Positions 62,226 to 64,000 of a stretch of 64,000 nucleotides of DNA are shown piece after piece. Position 1 is the stretch's first letter. Every line of letters starts with the position of its first letter. This DNA is from Massalongia carnosa (taxonomy: Eukaryota), in the NCBI GenBank assembly GCA_965645245.1, contig OZ287074.1, positions 1,302,001-1,366,000 on the forward strand. Direction: 5' to 3'. The translations under genes and the position numbers were made by a program. The notes below the pieces were generated by a model. It saw only the letters and a list, made by a program, of their open reading frames with translations, had not been told where the DNA came from and searched no databases.

Positions 62226-63461
62226 GTTACTAGCATTTTTGTGCTCTGCTTTCTGCTGCTTTGCGGTGGTCTGAGCTTATCTTCGTTTCTTATTTTTCTC
62301 CCTCATGACTGTTCGGATATTTTGTTATGTCGTCCGGTTGTATCGCTACAGACAATTCCACCCCAACTACCTCACCTCGTCAAATACCCCTAAATACCTC
62401 GTCTCTTACTAGGACTCCGCGTTCTCCTAAACCCAACCCAATTCCAACAACCAACAACTAAATATCAAACAAGTCCCCAGCTACCTACCCCAGCTACATA
62501 CTAAATCACCTCTCCCCACTCTATTAATTACCGCATCCATCATAAACGACCTAGATACGTAGGTAGATAGGCAAGTAGAGACATTTCAACTCAAATCCTC
62601 GTACAGCTCGAGTCTTTTCTTTTCTTTTCGTTTTTTTAACGATGCGCGGGGGATGAGAGGAGAAGAAAAGCGAGAAAAGGGAAGGGAAGAAAAACCTACC
62701 TAGGCACCTTTACAACCCCCACCCGGGGTTGTCCTACTCACTCCTCATCCATGCTTTATTTCTTGCTTGCCTGGCTTGGTTCTGCTATCTGACCGATCAT
62801 TTCGTTTCGTTTTTCATATGCGAAAGAGGAAAAGAGAAAGAATAACACCATGAAAAAATCCAAAAAATCCCCCCAAAAAATCGCTGCGTGAGAAGCCTAA
62901 AATTCGCCCCCAAAGCCGTAGGTTCGAAGGGAGGGGGCTTTGCATGGTAACACCTAGCGATCGGGCAAAACAGATAACGCGCTATACCCCTGCCTACATC
63001 TCTCTCTCCCTCCTTCCCCTTTATACCTATCCCCATTCCTAGCGGGTAGAAGGAAACTAGCGGATTGATTGTGGGTCGCCTTTGGAGCTGGGGAGGAATG
63101 AATGGGACGAATGTGTGAATGGGGATGTTTTGGGGATTTGGGGCTAAGGGAAAGGGAGAGATGGAGAAATAAGGAGGGATGTATGTATGGGGCTGGTTGT
63201 AACTGATAGTTGGGGTTGAAAACGAGGATGATGCTATTGAATGGCGATGGATAGAGGATTAAAGTTACTGCGAGAGATGGGAGCGCCTGGATTCTCTCTG
63301 GTCGATACGAGTATCTATCGCCCATTGGTTTTCCTATCCTGTAGTCCGCCGAGCGGAACCCCCCGCAGCGCCGTGTCTAATGCATTCCTTCCAGGCCCAA
63401 CCAAATGCAATACAAAACCACCCTACTATGGGTGATATGTCCAATCCCTATTTCCTGTACA

Positions 63462-64000
63462 TCAATCGAGCGTGGGCGCCAGCGCCAACAGGCTGAACCT
63501 CAAATCCCCTCCCCCTCCGCTCCCCTCCATCTCCTCCTGCTTCAAGAATCGCTTCACCCCCAACGTCAGCGCCTTCGCCGACAACACATCATCTCCCTCG
63601 TCCAAACGCCCACGATTCAGCGGGCCCTTGCGCCGCCCATCGAGTTCCCATAGGTTTCCTTGCGCCGACTTGATGAAGGCGACGAAATGATGCTCCACGT
63701 TATCCGTGGCGAGCGGGGGCGCGGTGTCACCTTGCACTGCAGCGGAGGCGTGCGCTTGCGCGATTATGGTTGAGGTTTCGATCAGCCGGGCACGGGGAAG
63801 AGGGAGGAGAGGGGTGGCGTCTGTGATGAGCTTTGCAAGAGGGGTGTCGAGTGCTGTGAGGGGTTTAGGAATATACTGTTAGAGAGTGAATCTTTTAAAA
63901 CAATATGCGTGCGTGCGTGTGGGCGTTCGGAGGCAAAGGGAGTCCCTACCAATGTAATCCCTCGCGGAGCCGTTGCAAGCGAGGTGCAACAGGCCCATCA
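63462..64000 (-). CDS. YUH1: Ubiquitin C-terminal hydrolase (peptidase C12), 3' part only
   Basis: GLLHLACNG, AHASAAVQGDT, HHFVAF (catalytic His), LWELDGRRKGP (catalytic Asp), LRFSLLALAP; the gene runs off the window. Confidence 0.88.

Overview
Genomic DNA of a filamentous ascomycete (Pezizomycotina-type GT-AG introns with CTRAC branch sites, microsatellites, RIP-like relics); species cannot be determined from the sequence. Ordinary genes: MDR/Zn-type dehydrogenase ending in SKL, aldehyde dehydrogenase, mitochondrial RNA polymerase RPO41, scavenger decapping enzyme DCS1, ergothioneine synthase EGT1, PIR cell-wall protein, aldo-keto reductase, amino-acid permease, DUF92 protein, and a partial UCH. 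Four things stand out. (1) A co-oriented run of genes at about 32-57 kb has an intronless, strongly enterobacterial-like WecE sugar aminotransferase, a DUF3605/HIT-like protein, an NDP-glucose 4,6-dehydratase with an altered catalytic motif, a histidine phosphatase and an MFS transporter; it is a candidate fungal 4-amino-4,6-dideoxyhexose pathway. (2) A near-intact Ngaro/DIRS-type tyrosine-recombinase retrotransposon (about 43.3-47.8 kb) has gag and pol in frame, separated by a single UAG that is immediately followed by an ~18-bp stem-loop, a candidate stop-codon readthrough signal. (3) A dispersed modular repeat (11.3-12.4 kb and 57.5-57.7 kb) is built of bulged hairpins with C-GNA-G triloops and compensatory base changes, suggesting a non-autonomous element acting as ssDNA. 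(4) A 3-exon, 122-aa gene absent from the ORF track has an MGC N-terminus, a basic patch and a CRIB-like motif. Exon boundaries were read by eye and family assignments come from recognised motifs; no searches were run.
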